This document shows positions 19,142 to 28,540 of a stretch of 64,000 bases of DNA, one piece after another; the first letter of the stretch is position 1; each line of letters opens with the position of its first letter. Below the pieces are notes generated by a model. It had not been told where the DNA came from and searched no databases. It was given only the letters and a program-made list of their open reading frames with translations. The stretch comes from a candidate division FCPU426 bacterium (GTDB lineage Bacteria; Oederibacteriota; Muellerivitia; Muellerivitales; Muellerivitaceae): NCBI GenBank assembly GCA_963796105.1, contig CAWCKJ010000014.1, forward strand, positions 39,369 to 103,368, written 5' to 3'. Made by a program: the position numbers and the translations under genes.

Positions 19142-19533
19142 TGGGCTTTCGCCCTTTCAATTCCCCGCCCTCCCACTTGGCCGGCCCAAAGGGCCTCTAT
19201 CCTTATTGGTTCTTGGTTATTCCCTTTCATGTTGAAGCAGTTCCCTTTCGGCTCGGTTGGAGAGCCTCTTCCAAGCGGCGGTTCCACCCCCATTCGGGTC
19301 CCGGCGTTGCCCGAATGGGATAGCCCCCCGCCGATTGGACTCCCCTCTCAACCGGAAGCCGTAAGGGTGTGGCGGTTCCTCAAAACCCCTATCCCTCGAC
19401 CGGATACTGTCCGTCGCAAGACAAAATCGCGCCGTACAGAATCCGTTCTCGGGAAAAAGCTTTTCAGCTTCCGGTTTCACCGGTCGGGTTTTTCGGGTGT
19501 TGCACTTCCCCACCCTCTTAACAAAAGATACTT

Positions 19534-19910
19534 GAAGAAAACCTCCCCTGGGGCGACGTCACCAACTCTTATAGAGTTGGCATTATCAATCGTCGTCCCT
19601 CTTTACCGAATCTTTGTATTAATGATTCGGCACAACCAAGTCTCGTGTTTCGACTTGAAGTCTCAACACAGGGGTTGTGGGCGAGGACGGATAAACATCG
19701 CGGGAACGGTCAGCGCCTTTCCTCTCCCCCTGGCCGGGCCTCCTCCGTCGTCTATCCGGCCAACACAGATGGGGTCGAGGAATCCCGTTTGCTTAAAACC
19801 AAACGCCGCACAACCCCAGGCCTCGGTTTTCCATAGCCAACACCTCTTTGTGCTCCGTTTGCGCCCCAAGGATTTTGTGAGGGGGCGCACCCGGAGGGTG
19901 CTCTCTCCTT
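19534..19910. repeat. Long leader repeat R1 (3' part)
   Basis: Shares the B module and the terminal CCATAGCCAACACCTCTTTGTGCTCCGTTTGCGCCCC...GAGGGTGCTCTCTCCT with R2-R4. Confidence 0.9.
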
Positions 19911-19934
19911 TAAACTAATAGCCGGGGTGAACTG

Positions 19935-20111
19935 ATGCGAATCGTCGATGTGTTTTGGACCCAAGTCATCAACTACTTGGTTATCATTTGTGAATGCGGT
20001 AACCGGTTCAACCATCGAAGCGACCGTTGGAAAGTTACTTGTACTAAATGCGGCAAGGTGGGGAATTTGGGGATCATAAGGAATGTTTATTTAAAAGAGC
20101 ATAAGGGTTAG
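19935..20111 (+). CDS. 58-aa zinc-ribbon protein (absent from the ORF track)
   Basis: MRIVDVFW...ICECG...VTCTKCG...; GGGGTGA RBS directly after R1. Confidence 0.7.
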   Translation: MRIVDVFWTQVINYLVIICECGNRFNHRSDRWKVTCTKCGKVGNLGIIRNVYLKEHKG

Positions 20112-20237
20112 TGCCGCTCTCATTAATGAGAACCGCTAAATGGCAAAAATGGAAATATCATTGACAATGTTTCCAATAAGTATTACTTTATAAATAAGTT
20201 ATACTTTAATTAATAGTTTTACTTTTTGGGGGGTTTT

Positions 20238-20468
20238 ATGCAGATTACACACGTTTCAGAAAAAGGGCAGGTGGTCATCCCGGTCGAATTCAGGGATAAA
20301 TACGGAATCAAAAAGGGAACATCCGTCAAATTTTTTGAGAGAGACGGGGAAATCCGCTTGGTTCCCATGACCAAGGATTTGATTAGGAAAAACTGCGGGA
20401 TACTCGGGACAAAGGGAAAACTCTTGAAGCTTTTGGCGGAGGATAAGAAAGCCGAGCGTGAGTTTTGA
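20238..20468 (+). CDS. vapB: AbrB/VapB-type antitoxin
   Basis: VSEKGQVVIPVEFR...GIKKG; TTGACA at 20161 upstream. Confidence 0.9.
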   Translation: MQITHVSEKGQVVIPVEFRDKYGIKKGTSVKFFERDGEIRLVPMTKDLIRKNCGILGTKGKLLKLLAEDKKAEREF

Positions 20469-20803
20469 AACATTACGTTCTGGATGCCCATTCGCTCATT
20501 GCCTACCTGGAAGGTGAAGAAGGCAAGGAAACCGTAATTTCCATTTTAGATGAAGTCGCGGACGGACAGGCCGAGGCTTTTCTTTGTGTCGTGAATTGGG
20601 GGGAAGTTTGGTACACGGCTTTCCGGGAGGGTGGGGAAGAAAGGGCATTTTTGTATCAAAACACGCTTTCGGAATTGGATATCCAGGTTATGGACGTGGA
20701 TAGGGAATTGACCCTTATTGCGGCGAGATTCAAAGGATCTCATAAGATGTCATACGCCGACGCTTACGCCGCCGCCACGGCGAAACTTAAAAACGCCCAC
20801 CTA

Positions 20804-21938
20804 GTGTAGTGCGTCCTAAATAACTTTACTTAACAAGAGATCTTGCCTATCATATTTGTAAATGAGGCACGCAGAAGCCATCGCTTTGTCACCGGAGGAA
20901 CGCTCCACGTTGGATACATGGGCCACGGGGAGAAAACTTCCCTTCCGGCTAGTCCAACGGGCCCGGATTATTCAAATGGCGGCCAATGGAGTTTTTAGCC
21001 AGGAAATCGCCCGAAAATTGAAAATTTCCCGTCCCACTGTTCAACTGTGGAGGCAGAGGTTTCTGGCCCTACGATTGCCCGGATTGGAGAAGGACGCTCC
21101 TCGTCCTGGCCGTATCCCCCGCATTCTTCAGAAACAAATCTCCGCAGTTATTGAAGCTACCCTTCACACAACCCCTGCCAACGCCACCCACTGGAGCACG
21201 CGCAGCATGGCCAAAGCAAAGGGTCTCAGCGAAGCCACAATCCGAAGAATCTGGAAGCGGCACAACCTAAAACCACACTTAATCGAAACCTTCAAGCTCA
21301 GCAAAGACAAGCGGTTCTTAGAAAAGTTCCACGATGTGGTGGGGCTTTATTTGAATCCACCCGACAAGGCGTTAGTTCTATGTGTGGACGAAAAGAGCCA
21401 GATTCAGGCTTTGGATCGCACTCAACCTATGCTGCCATTGCGTCCGGGCATTCCAGCCCGTCAAACCCACGACTACAAACGCAACGGGACAACAACTCTG
21501 TTTGCCGCTTTAAGTATGTTGGATGGCAAAGTCATCGGAGATTGTATGCCTCGGCACCGGCATCAGGAATTCATCCGTTTTTTGCAAATCATTGACGTCA
21601 AGACACCTTCTGACTTGGCTTTGCATCTGATCGTGGACAACTACGGGACTCACAAACATCCCAGGGTCCAATCTTGGCTAAAACGCCACCCGCGATTCTG
21701 CCTTCACTTCATTCCTACTTCCTCGTCCTGGCTCAACATGGTGGAGCGTTGGTTCCGCGAAATCACGGACAAACGGATTCGCCGTGGTTCCTTCAATAGC
21801 GTGCCGGATTTGATAGAGGCTATCAGGCAGTTCATTGAAGCCAATAACCAAAAACCGCACGTTTTTATGTGGACGGCTTCGGCAGAAAAAATCTTGGCCA
21901 AAATTACCAAATGTAAAGAAGCGTTAGACGCACTACAC
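20804..21938 (+). mobile_element. IS630-family insertion sequence
   Basis: TIR GTGTAGTGCGTC / GACGCACTACAC; (C)TA(G) at both ends. Confidence 0.93.
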
Positions 21939-21941
21939 TAG
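20862..21941 (+). CDS. IS630 transposase
   Basis: LCVDEKSQIQAL, YKRNGTTTLFAAL, IVDNYGTHK, SWLNMVERWF. Confidence 0.96.
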   Translation: MRHAEAIALSPEERSTLDTWATGRKLPFRLVQRARIIQMAANGVFSQEIARKLKISRPTVQLWRQRFLALRLPGLEKDAPRPGRIPRILQKQISAVIEATLHTTPANATHWSTRSMAKAKGLSEATIRRIWKRHNLKPHLIETFKLSKDKRFLEKFHDVVGLYLNPPDKALVLCVDEKSQIQALDRTQPMLPLRPGIPARQTHDYKRNGTTTLFAALSMLDGKVIGDCMPRHRHQEFIRFLQIIDVKTPSDLALHLIVDNYGTHKHPRVQSWLKRHPRFCLHFIPTSSSWLNMVERWFREITDKRIRRGSFNSVPDLIEAIRQFIEANNQKPHVFMWTASAEKILAKITKCKEALDALH

Positions 21942-22096
21942 TAACAGGGGACAAGGAATTCAAATCGGTCGATAAAGAAATCAAGGTAAAATGGATTAGA
22001 TAGTTTTTTTCGATGCGGTGGAGCCATCAGCCCTTGGGGCAGGAAGCCCTTCTACGTTTCTTGGTTCTCCTTAAATTGATAAAGACCCTTTTTTTC

Positions 22097-22125
22097 TTGG
22101 CAATGTGAAGTATATTTCATATAAT
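22097..22125 (+). promoter_or_regulatory. Sigma70 promoter with palindromic spacer
   Basis: TTGGCA-17 bp-TATAAT; spacer contains TGAAGTATATTTCA. Confidence 0.65.
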
Positions 22126-22144
22126 GAGTCATGAAGGGATTTGA

Positions 22145-22447
22145 ATGAAAATACAGTTGATGCCATTTTTCCAGGACTTCCGGGATTCCATCATGGAGAG
22201 CAAAGAACTTGATATTTTTAGGCTTCAGGTTTTAAGCCTTGCGCACGCGAAAGACCGGACACGGCTTTTCGAAAAAGTCATTAAGGGACAGAAAAGGGTT
22301 TTGGTCGTGAATTACTATTTTTCTTTCAAATTGGACGCACTTTTTGTTTTGACCGCCCACATCACCAGGGCGGGGGAACCCCGTGTAAAGGAAAAAGAGG
22401 CGCTTCAAAAATATCTCAATGAAATCAAAGCTTTGGAGGGGGAATAA
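22145..22447 (+). CDS. Putative HigB/RelE-like toxin
   Basis: ~100 aa, immediately upstream of an XRE gene; weak family motifs only. Confidence 0.5.
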   Translation: MKIQLMPFFQDFRDSIMESKELDIFRLQVLSLAHAKDRTRLFEKVIKGQKRVLVVNYYFSFKLDALFVLTAHITRAGEPRVKEKEALQKYLNEIKALEGE

Positions 22448-22786
22448 ATGAAAACACAACTGAAAAAATTTGTTTTGCCGGGTGTTTCGCTGGAAGAAGA
22501 TATTAAGCGGATTAAGAAAAAAAGGCCTGACCTTTACGCTTCCATGAAAAATCCAGGTCCCAGGATTTCCCTTGCTTGGAATGTAATCACCTTGCGGAAT
22601 AAAAAGCAATTTACCCAGGTTGAGTTGGCGGAAAAGGCGGGGGTTACCAGCAGGACCATCATCAGTATTGAGGATGAGAACGGAACCTATAACCCCACCC
22701 TGGACGTGATCGACGGGATCGCCAAGGCCTTTGGCGTGACTGCTTCCGACCTGATAAGGCCCGTTGACTTAACCGTGAACTTTTAG
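22448..22786 (+). CDS. HigA-like XRE antitoxin
   Basis: TQVELAEKAGV...IISIE...NPTLD. Confidence 0.85.
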   Translation: MKTQLKKFVLPGVSLEEDIKRIKKKRPDLYASMKNPGPRISLAWNVITLRNKKQFTQVELAEKAGVTSRTIISIEDENGTYNPTLDVIDGIAKAFGVTASDLIRPVDLTVNF

Positions 22787-22819
22787 AGAATTAATTAAAT
22801 TCCTAGAAGGGATAAAAAC

Positions 22820-23008
22820 GTAAAAAAAGATAAAATCAAGGTTGGAAAGTCAGATTTAACTGTAGGTGAGATTGTTGACCGGATAGAGGCCGCTGAAAAG
22901 TCCGCAGTTCCAGCATTGTTAGCGCGTGAGATTGACGAAAGGGCCGATGCGGTTATGGAAGGAAAGGTTAAGGGGATACCCTGGACCGGAAAAAACTCAA
23001 AGAAGTAA
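22820..23008 (+). pseudogene. Addiction-module antitoxin-like remnant (no canonical start)
   Basis: Open frame ...REIDERADAVMEGKVKGIPW; GTA sits where a start codon is expected after GAAGGG. Confidence 0.45.
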
Positions 23009-23010
23009 TT

Positions 23011-23346
23011 ATGAAGAAAAAACCTAAAGAGAAATTTGTGCCCCATTTTTTAACTGCAACAGAATCTTTGGAACGTATTAAAAAGAACCGGCCTGACCTT
23101 TACGCTTCCTTAAAACATCCAAGTCCTCGTGTTTCACTTGCCTGGAATGTAACCACCTTGCGGAATAAAAAACAATTTTCGCAGGTTGAATTAGCCGAAT
23201 TGGCGGGTGTTTCCAGGGGGACAATCATAAGCATAGAGAATAATAATTATAACCCCACCTTGGACGTGATCGACGGAGTCGCCAAGGCCTTTGGGGTGAC
23301 GGCTTCCGACCTGATAAGGCCCGTTGACTTAACTGTGAACTATTAA
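23011..23346 (+). CDS. HigA-like XRE protein, paralog of 22448
   Basis: Near-identical C-terminal half. Confidence 0.85.
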   Translation: MKKKPKEKFVPHFLTATESLERIKKNRPDLYASLKHPSPRVSLAWNVTTLRNKKQFSQVELAELAGVSRGTIISIENNNYNPTLDVIDGVAKAFGVTASDLIRPVDLTVNY

Positions 23347-23347
23347 G

Positions 23348-23830
23348 ATGGAAAAATTAAAACTTTACTTAGACACAACCGTTTGGAATTTCGCTTTTGT
23401 GGATGATTCGCCGGAGCATCGGAAAGAAACTTTAGAATTTTTCCAAAAAGCCCGCTTGGGTTTATTCGAGTTGTTCTACTCGGATGCTGTTGAACGGGAA
23501 GTTATCGCGGCTCCCCCGCCAAGGCGTCGGCAAGTAGAAAATTTGTTGGAGGAATTCACACCTAGAAGGCTCGCGTTTCGCGCTGAAATCGATGAATTGG
23601 CGAATGAATATTTGCGCCAGGCGGTTTTACCGAAAAAAAGCGGCTTTGACGCTTTACATGTTGCTTATGCCACGGTTTATGAAATGGATGCCCTTGTAAG
23701 TTGGAATTTCAGGCATTTGGCTAACGTGAGTCGTCGAAACCGGGTTATGGCTTTGAATATTAAAAGGGGATATACTTTTCCTGTCCAGTTGGTAACGCCG
23801 TTGGAGGTTTTGGGCGATGAAAAAGATTAA
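23348..23830 (+). CDS. PIN-domain protein
   Basis: LYLDTTV...DALHVAYA...LVSWNFRHL. Confidence 0.9.
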   Translation: MEKLKLYLDTTVWNFAFVDDSPEHRKETLEFFQKARLGLFELFYSDAVEREVIAAPPPRRRQVENLLEEFTPRRLAFRAEIDELANEYLRQAVLPKKSGFDALHVAYATVYEMDALVSWNFRHLANVSRRNRVMALNIKRGYTFPVQLVTPLEVLGDEKD

Positions 23831-24002
23831 ATATAAAGAACCGAAAAGCCTGTTGGAAATTAGGGCGATAAAACGCAAACTCTTCAGGGAAATTGACAGG
23901 CTTGGGATAGCGGAATTTCACAAGCGGTCTGAAATTCTTGGAAAAGACTTGCGGGAACGTATTGAAAAAGCCCGGCAGGAGAAATTGGTCGGGAAAAGAT
24001 AA
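23817..24002 (+). CDS. Small basic protein, probable partner of the PIN protein
   Basis: Overlaps the PIN gene; EIRAIKRKL. Confidence 0.6.
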   Translation: MKKIKYKEPKSLLEIRAIKRKLFREIDRLGIAEFHKRSEILGKDLRERIEKARQEKLVGKR

Positions 24003-24038
24003 GCGACTACGCCCATAACGGGCGAGAAATAATAGGCA

Positions 24039-24073
24039 TAAAAAAGCCCGACTCCTTCCGGAACCGGGCTTTT
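24039..24073. terminator. Bidirectional intrinsic terminator
   Basis: AAAAAAGCCCG...CGGGCTTTT between convergent genes. Confidence 0.75.
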
Positions 24074-24082
24074 ATTATTTTT

Positions 24083-24493
24083 CTACTTTCTTATTGAATT
24101 AGGCTTCCATTCCTTCCTTGGCCACGTTTTCGCGGTAGTGGGGGATGTCGGCCTGGACGCCGCCGAACTCACCACCGGTTTGACCACTGTGGGCGCCGCA
24201 GCTGCAATTGGACTCTCAACCTTCCCAGCCACCGTCTTGCGATACTCCACCAGCGCTTGGCTGGTAATCAAATCCCTTAAAGCCTTGTTCAAGTAATAGA
24301 AGGGAACAAACCCGACTTCCTTGAACTTCCGTGACGGCAGATCCACGAAAGTCCCCTTGGAACCCTCGACGATCCTCATTCCCGGAAGGATCACCTCACA
24401 CCCGGGCTCGAAACCCACCTTAACGGAGAACGTCCCGGCCTGGTGTCCTTTCTTCAGGATATTCAACTTCACGACTTCGATTTTTGGATTCAT
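24083..24493 (-). CDS. SpoVG-like nucleic-acid-binding protein
   Basis: GMRIVEGSKGTFVDLPSRK; GAGGAGG RBS. Confidence 0.75.
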   Translation of the reverse strand: MNPKIEVVKLNILKKGHQAGTFSVKVGFEPGCEVILPGMRIVEGSKGTFVDLPSRKFKEVGFVPFYYLNKALRDLITSQALVEYRKTVAGKVESPIAAAAPTVVKPVVSSAASRPTSPTTAKTWPRKEWKPNSIRK

Positions 24494-24991
24494 TCGAATC
24501 CTCCTCATTTTTATTTTGTGGGTTGCGCGCCTTTTTACCGCGCCCCCCGCACAAACCGTGGGGGGGCGCGAGTAAAAAGGTAAATGCCTTTTGCGGAAGG
24601 GAAGTAGCTTCAGCGGATTCCCTGGAGCGATTGTTGATGAGTTAAAGATTTGCTTTAAGCGACGAAGCGCGAAAGCGAAGCGACAGCGTTCGAGGCCTGG
24701 TACCCCTACCGTGGTATTCGCGGTGGAGGGTAGGGGCGTGAGACCCAAGGCTGGTCGCTGAATCTGTTTGGATTCAGTGTCCCAGTCATCGCTTTCGAAG
24801 TGAGTTTATTTAGTTAACTAAAGAAGGTAGGTGGGCAACCTCCCTTCTGTCCTTAGAAACCCGTTTTAAAAGCTTTAAAACTCATCCAAAGAACGGAAAT
24901 ACAAGAAATAAAAGTGAGAAAAGAGGGAATAAACAGTACTTAACCGTCACTATATGGATGAGATGTATAAAGCCATACCGGGAGGCTGTTT

Positions 24992-25903
24992 ATGAGGTAT
25001 TTAAATCCATTTTTAGTTTGTTTGGCCCTCACTGTATTGGGATTTTATGGATGTGAGAGAAAAATTAATTCCGCACAGCCTCTTGCGCCAGCCATTGCTG
25101 CAACATCCACATATACCGCTACAATGACATTAACACAGACGATGACCACTACTCCCACTAACACGGCAACAGTGACCCCAAGTACAACTCCAAGTGGCTT
25201 GGATGTTACATCTTCCCCCACAAGTATCGCTGCGGGAACCTACTCTTATTCTTATATCCACATAGCTGCGGGAGGAACCCTAGCAGTGGAAGGAGGGGTA
25301 ACCTTCAATGTTTCCAATTATTTCGCCATGGACAGCGGAAGTACTTTAGTAGGTTTTAACACTAACGGAACAACGGGAACACCGGCTAATTTAACCAGCA
25401 GCGCAGGGGCTGGACACGGTGGAACAGGAGGGCAGGATGGTCTTGGAAACGCTGGAGGCGCGGCTTATGACAATCCAATGGTCCCGTCCTACGGAGGAAG
25501 TCCGGGTGGGAATGGAACTTGCCCGATAGGAGGGCGGCCAGGAGGTGGGATGATTTTAATACAAGCGCCGAATGGATCGGCAACCTTTAACGGTTTGGTG
25601 AGTGCGATTGGGTTGGATAGTATTAATTGTTCGGGAGGATTACCGGGGTCGGGATCAGGCGGGTCTATTTATATTATGGCCAATGACATTGAAGGAAGTG
25701 GATTTTTACAGGCCAACGGAGGATCAGGTATCGCGGATACCAGCACTAGGGCCGACAACTCGGGTGGTGGTGGTGGCGGAATTATTATTCTTTCATCCCA
25801 TTCGGTTAACAATTTCAGCGGAACCAATTCAGTACAAGGTGGAACAGCAATTTCTCCTGCACAGCCGGGCCAACCTGGAAGTTTCAACCAGACGACATAT
25901 TGA
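24992..25903 (+). CDS. Lipoprotein with Thr-rich linker and Gly-rich domain
   Basis: Lipobox FYGC; GAGHGG.GG, GSGSGGSI, GGGGGG motifs. Confidence 0.8.
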   Translation: MRYLNPFLVCLALTVLGFYGCERKINSAQPLAPAIAATSTYTATMTLTQTMTTTPTNTATVTPSTTPSGLDVTSSPTSIAAGTYSYSYIHIAAGGTLAVEGGVTFNVSNYFAMDSGSTLVGFNTNGTTGTPANLTSSAGAGHGGTGGQDGLGNAGGAAYDNPMVPSYGGSPGGNGTCPIGGRPGGGMILIQAPNGSATFNGLVSAIGLDSINCSGGLPGSGSGGSIYIMANDIEGSGFLQANGGSGIADTSTRADNSGGGGGGIIILSSHSVNNFSGTNSVQGGTAISPAQPGQPGSFNQTTY

Positions 25904-26088
25904 TCCCGGCTTCATATTATGCCGGAATGAACGAAGATGCGCCGGAATAGGGGTATTCCGGGGGGGTTGGCTTGTAAAAGACCTGTTCTTACCCCATAAA
26001 GATTTTTTATTTAATCAGTGAAACCATGGAATAAAACCTCCACCTTCGACGCTATACTATTGAAGGTAATAAAAAGGCGTCAAAGCGG

Positions 26089-27162
26089 ATGAATATGAAA
26101 AAGTGCCTATTTCTGTTTTTGGGATTAAGTATTCTTACGATGGCTTGTACCCACAATTTTATGGCCAGTGGACCCGCGGCGGTTCCACCCTCCTCCAGCC
26201 CCACCAACACGCCCAGTCCAACCCCGAGTTTAAGCAATACCCCTGTACCCATAAATACTTCCACCAACACTCCAACTATCACACCGACGATCACCTCCAC
26301 TCCTACCAACACCCTTACCATTACATATACGCCTACGATTACTCTAACGGGGACTTCGACCTATACCCCGACGATCACCGTCACGGTTAATCCCACAGTT
26401 GCTTGTTCTTTACCAGTGAATATTCCGGACCCCAACCTTTTGTCGGCAGTCCAAACCGTATTGATTAACAACGGAATCATTGCAAGCACCTCAGACATCA
26501 TTACCCAATGTGACATGGCCACCATTACCGATTTGTATTTTAATTCCGACGGCGTCACCAACCTGGAAGGGTTGGAATATTGTTCCGCAGTGACGAACTT
26601 GAGCCTCAACGGCAACCATATCACCGATCTCACTCCCATCGCTGGCCTCACGGGGTTGCAGTACTTAAGCCTCAACAACAACCAAATCACCGATCTTGCT
26701 CCCTTATCCAACCTTACAAATTTGTTGGAATTGGACCTATCTTCTAATCAGATCAGCGACATCTCGGCACTGTCTGGACTGACGCAATTGGGATACCTGA
26801 ACCTTGCCGATAACCAGGTCAGCGACATTTCAATCCTGTCCAATTTGACGCAAATTTATTACTTGGTTCTCGAGAACAACCAAATCACCACCATAACTGT
26901 CCTGTCTGGACTGACGCATTTGGGATATCTATACCTTTCATACAACCAGATCAGCGACCTCACACCCCTTTCTGGGTTGATGCACCTGGAAGATTTGTTC
27001 TTGAACAATAACCAAATTGTGGATTTACAGCCCCTGGTGAACAATTCTGGGCTTGGAAACAACGCAACCATTGTTTCTGTACTAACCGGCAACCCACTTA
27101 CGAGCCCGAACGTGCTGACCGAGGAAGCGGAACTCAGGGCTGCGGGATGCAACCTGGAATAA
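26089..27162 (+). CDS. Internalin-like leucine-rich-repeat lipoprotein
   Basis: Lipobox TMAC; TP linker; IPDPNL cap; 22-aa LxxLxLxxNQIxDLxxLxxL repeats. Confidence 0.9.
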   Translation: MNMKKCLFLFLGLSILTMACTHNFMASGPAAVPPSSSPTNTPSPTPSLSNTPVPINTSTNTPTITPTITSTPTNTLTITYTPTITLTGTSTYTPTITVTVNPTVACSLPVNIPDPNLLSAVQTVLINNGIIASTSDIITQCDMATITDLYFNSDGVTNLEGLEYCSAVTNLSLNGNHITDLTPIAGLTGLQYLSLNNNQITDLAPLSNLTNLLELDLSSNQISDISALSGLTQLGYLNLADNQVSDISILSNLTQIYYLVLENNQITTITVLSGLTHLGYLYLSYNQISDLTPLSGLMHLEDLFLNNNQIVDLQPLVNNSGLGNNATIVSVLTGNPLTSPNVLTEEAELRAAGCNLE

Positions 27163-27226
27163 TTAACGAAATGATTCAAATTTTGAATGTGGAAGGCAAT
27201 CCAAATCAAATCTGTGGAGTTAAAAC

Positions 27227-27457
27227 ATGAAAAAGATCATTTTAGCAGCGGTCATTCTATTCACGGCGGCGGCAGGGACGGCATCCTGGGCGCAAGCCAC
27301 CCAGAGCAAAGAAAAACCCCAGTGGGTCTTGGACCATGAAAAGGACCATGCCATGGGTCGCCATACTAAAAAGGCCAAACCCGTCCGCAAGATCAGTGGA
27401 ACAGCGAAGAGGGGAGCGAAGCAGGTTTCGCCCTTGGTGTTGCCTAAGAATAAATAA
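27227..27457 (+). CDS. Small secreted basic protein
   Basis: Signal peptide MKKIILAAVILFTAAAGTASWA. Confidence 0.65.
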   Translation: MKKIILAAVILFTAAAGTASWAQATQSKEKPQWVLDHEKDHAMGRHTKKAKPVRKISGTAKRGAKQVSPLVLPKNK

Positions 27458-27489
27458 CCGATTCCAAATGTAAATTGTAATCGGCGTAG

Positions 27490-27535
27490 AAAAAAGCCCC
27501 ACGGTTTATAAACCAGTGGGGCTTTTTCTTTTTTC
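27490..27535. terminator. Intrinsic terminator
   Basis: AAAAAGCCCCAC...GTGGGGCTTTTTCTTTTTT. Confidence 0.75.
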
Positions 27536-27598
27536 ATAGTGCTTTTTGTCTCGACCCAGACGTGAACGTTTTGAAAAAGGCTCGCCGGCCTTTAGCCA

Positions 27599-28175
27599 TG
27601 TAACCTTCCCTATAGCCAGGCCTCGTTAATATTTTTAAAAAGGGAGAGATAACCCTGTCCCTCAACACACCCATAGCCCGGGCGGAGATCCCCCGGAGCC
27701 CCCCAGGGGAAGGGAAGTAACCCTTCCCCGTTGTCAAACAGCCTCAATGCTGTTTGCCCAACCAAACCGCCGTCACCGCCTTGTGGGTAGTGACGAGGTG
27801 CCCATCCCTAGCCCGGTGGTAGATCCCCCCGGAACCCCCACGACGAACGACAACGTTGAAGTAAACCGATCCGGGGGCGGCGTCACCAACTCTTATTGAG
27901 TTGGCATTATCCACCGTCGTCCCTCGCCTTGTGGGCGAGGACGGATAAACGCCGTTGGGACCGGTCATCGCCTTTCCGGCAAGCCAGGCCGGGCCTCGTT
28001 CCTCGTCTTATCCGGCCTAAAACATGGCCTGCCGGAATCCCAATAATGCTTAAACCAACGACGCACTTCCTCCCGGACTCGATTTCCCATAGCCAACACC
28101 TCTTTGTGCTCCGTTTGCGCCCCCAAGGATTTTGTGAGGGGGCGCACCCGGAGGGTGCTCTCTCCTCAAATAAAT
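27599..28175. repeat. Long leader repeat R2
   Basis: ~580 bp, colinear with R3 and R4. C module 27735-27798, B module 27886-27948. Ends just before an AAGGAG RBS. Confidence 0.92.
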
Positions 28176-28190
28176 CAAGGAGAAACAAAG

Positions 28191-28286
28191 ATGGATGAAA
28201 AAGAGGAAGTCAAGGATTCAGGAATACCGGAAGAAGAATTGGACCGGGCTATCGAAATGCTTTTTATCGAAGGCCGGGAGCTTTAA
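28191..28286 (+). CDS. 31-aa acidic peptide
   Basis: AAGGAG RBS directly after R2; MDEKEEVKDS... Confidence 0.55.
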   Translation: MDEKEEVKDSGIPEEELDRAIEMLFIEGREL

Positions 28287-28298
28287 GGAGCAGGGCGC

Positions 28299-28529
28299 AT
28301 GAATACCACGACAGCTTTCAAGTTAGTCAGCTTTCCCATCATGGGGAATTTTGAAATTCACGTTGGCAAGAATCTACAAGGTTACTTTTACGAGATTCAG
28401 GACCTTGACCACCTTCAAACAGTGGACGTGAAGGACAACCTAACCGAAAGCCTTTTATTCGAGTCCGTGGCGTGCGCCCTTTCCCCTTCTTCCAAACCCG
28501 AATTTTTAACCCTCATTCATTCACTTTGA
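28299..28529 (+). CDS. Hypothetical protein
   Basis: AAGGAG RBS. Confidence 0.7.
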   Translation: MNTTTAFKLVSFPIMGNFEIHVGKNLQGYFYEIQDLDHLQTVDVKDNLTESLLFESVACALSPSSKPEFLTLIHSL

Positions 28530-28540
28530 AAGGAGAAGTC

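Larger units (their letters stand above)
20465..22003 (+). pseudogene. vapC: VapC PIN toxin interrupted by IS630
   Basis: YVLDAH...SYADAYA...AHLV, resuming after the IS as TGDKEFKSVDKEIKVKWIR*. Confidence 0.9.

Noticed and set aside
18759..19918. ORFs inside the structured repeats (e.g. 19058-19918, 27896-28198, 31362-31616, 33674-34131)
   Set aside because: Frames are not conserved between repeat copies and RBSs are lacking; likely GC-rich by-products.
24494..24748. Long N-terminal extension of the SpoVG-like ORF
   Set aside because: A strong RBS precedes the ATG at 24493, and the extension spans hairpin DNA.
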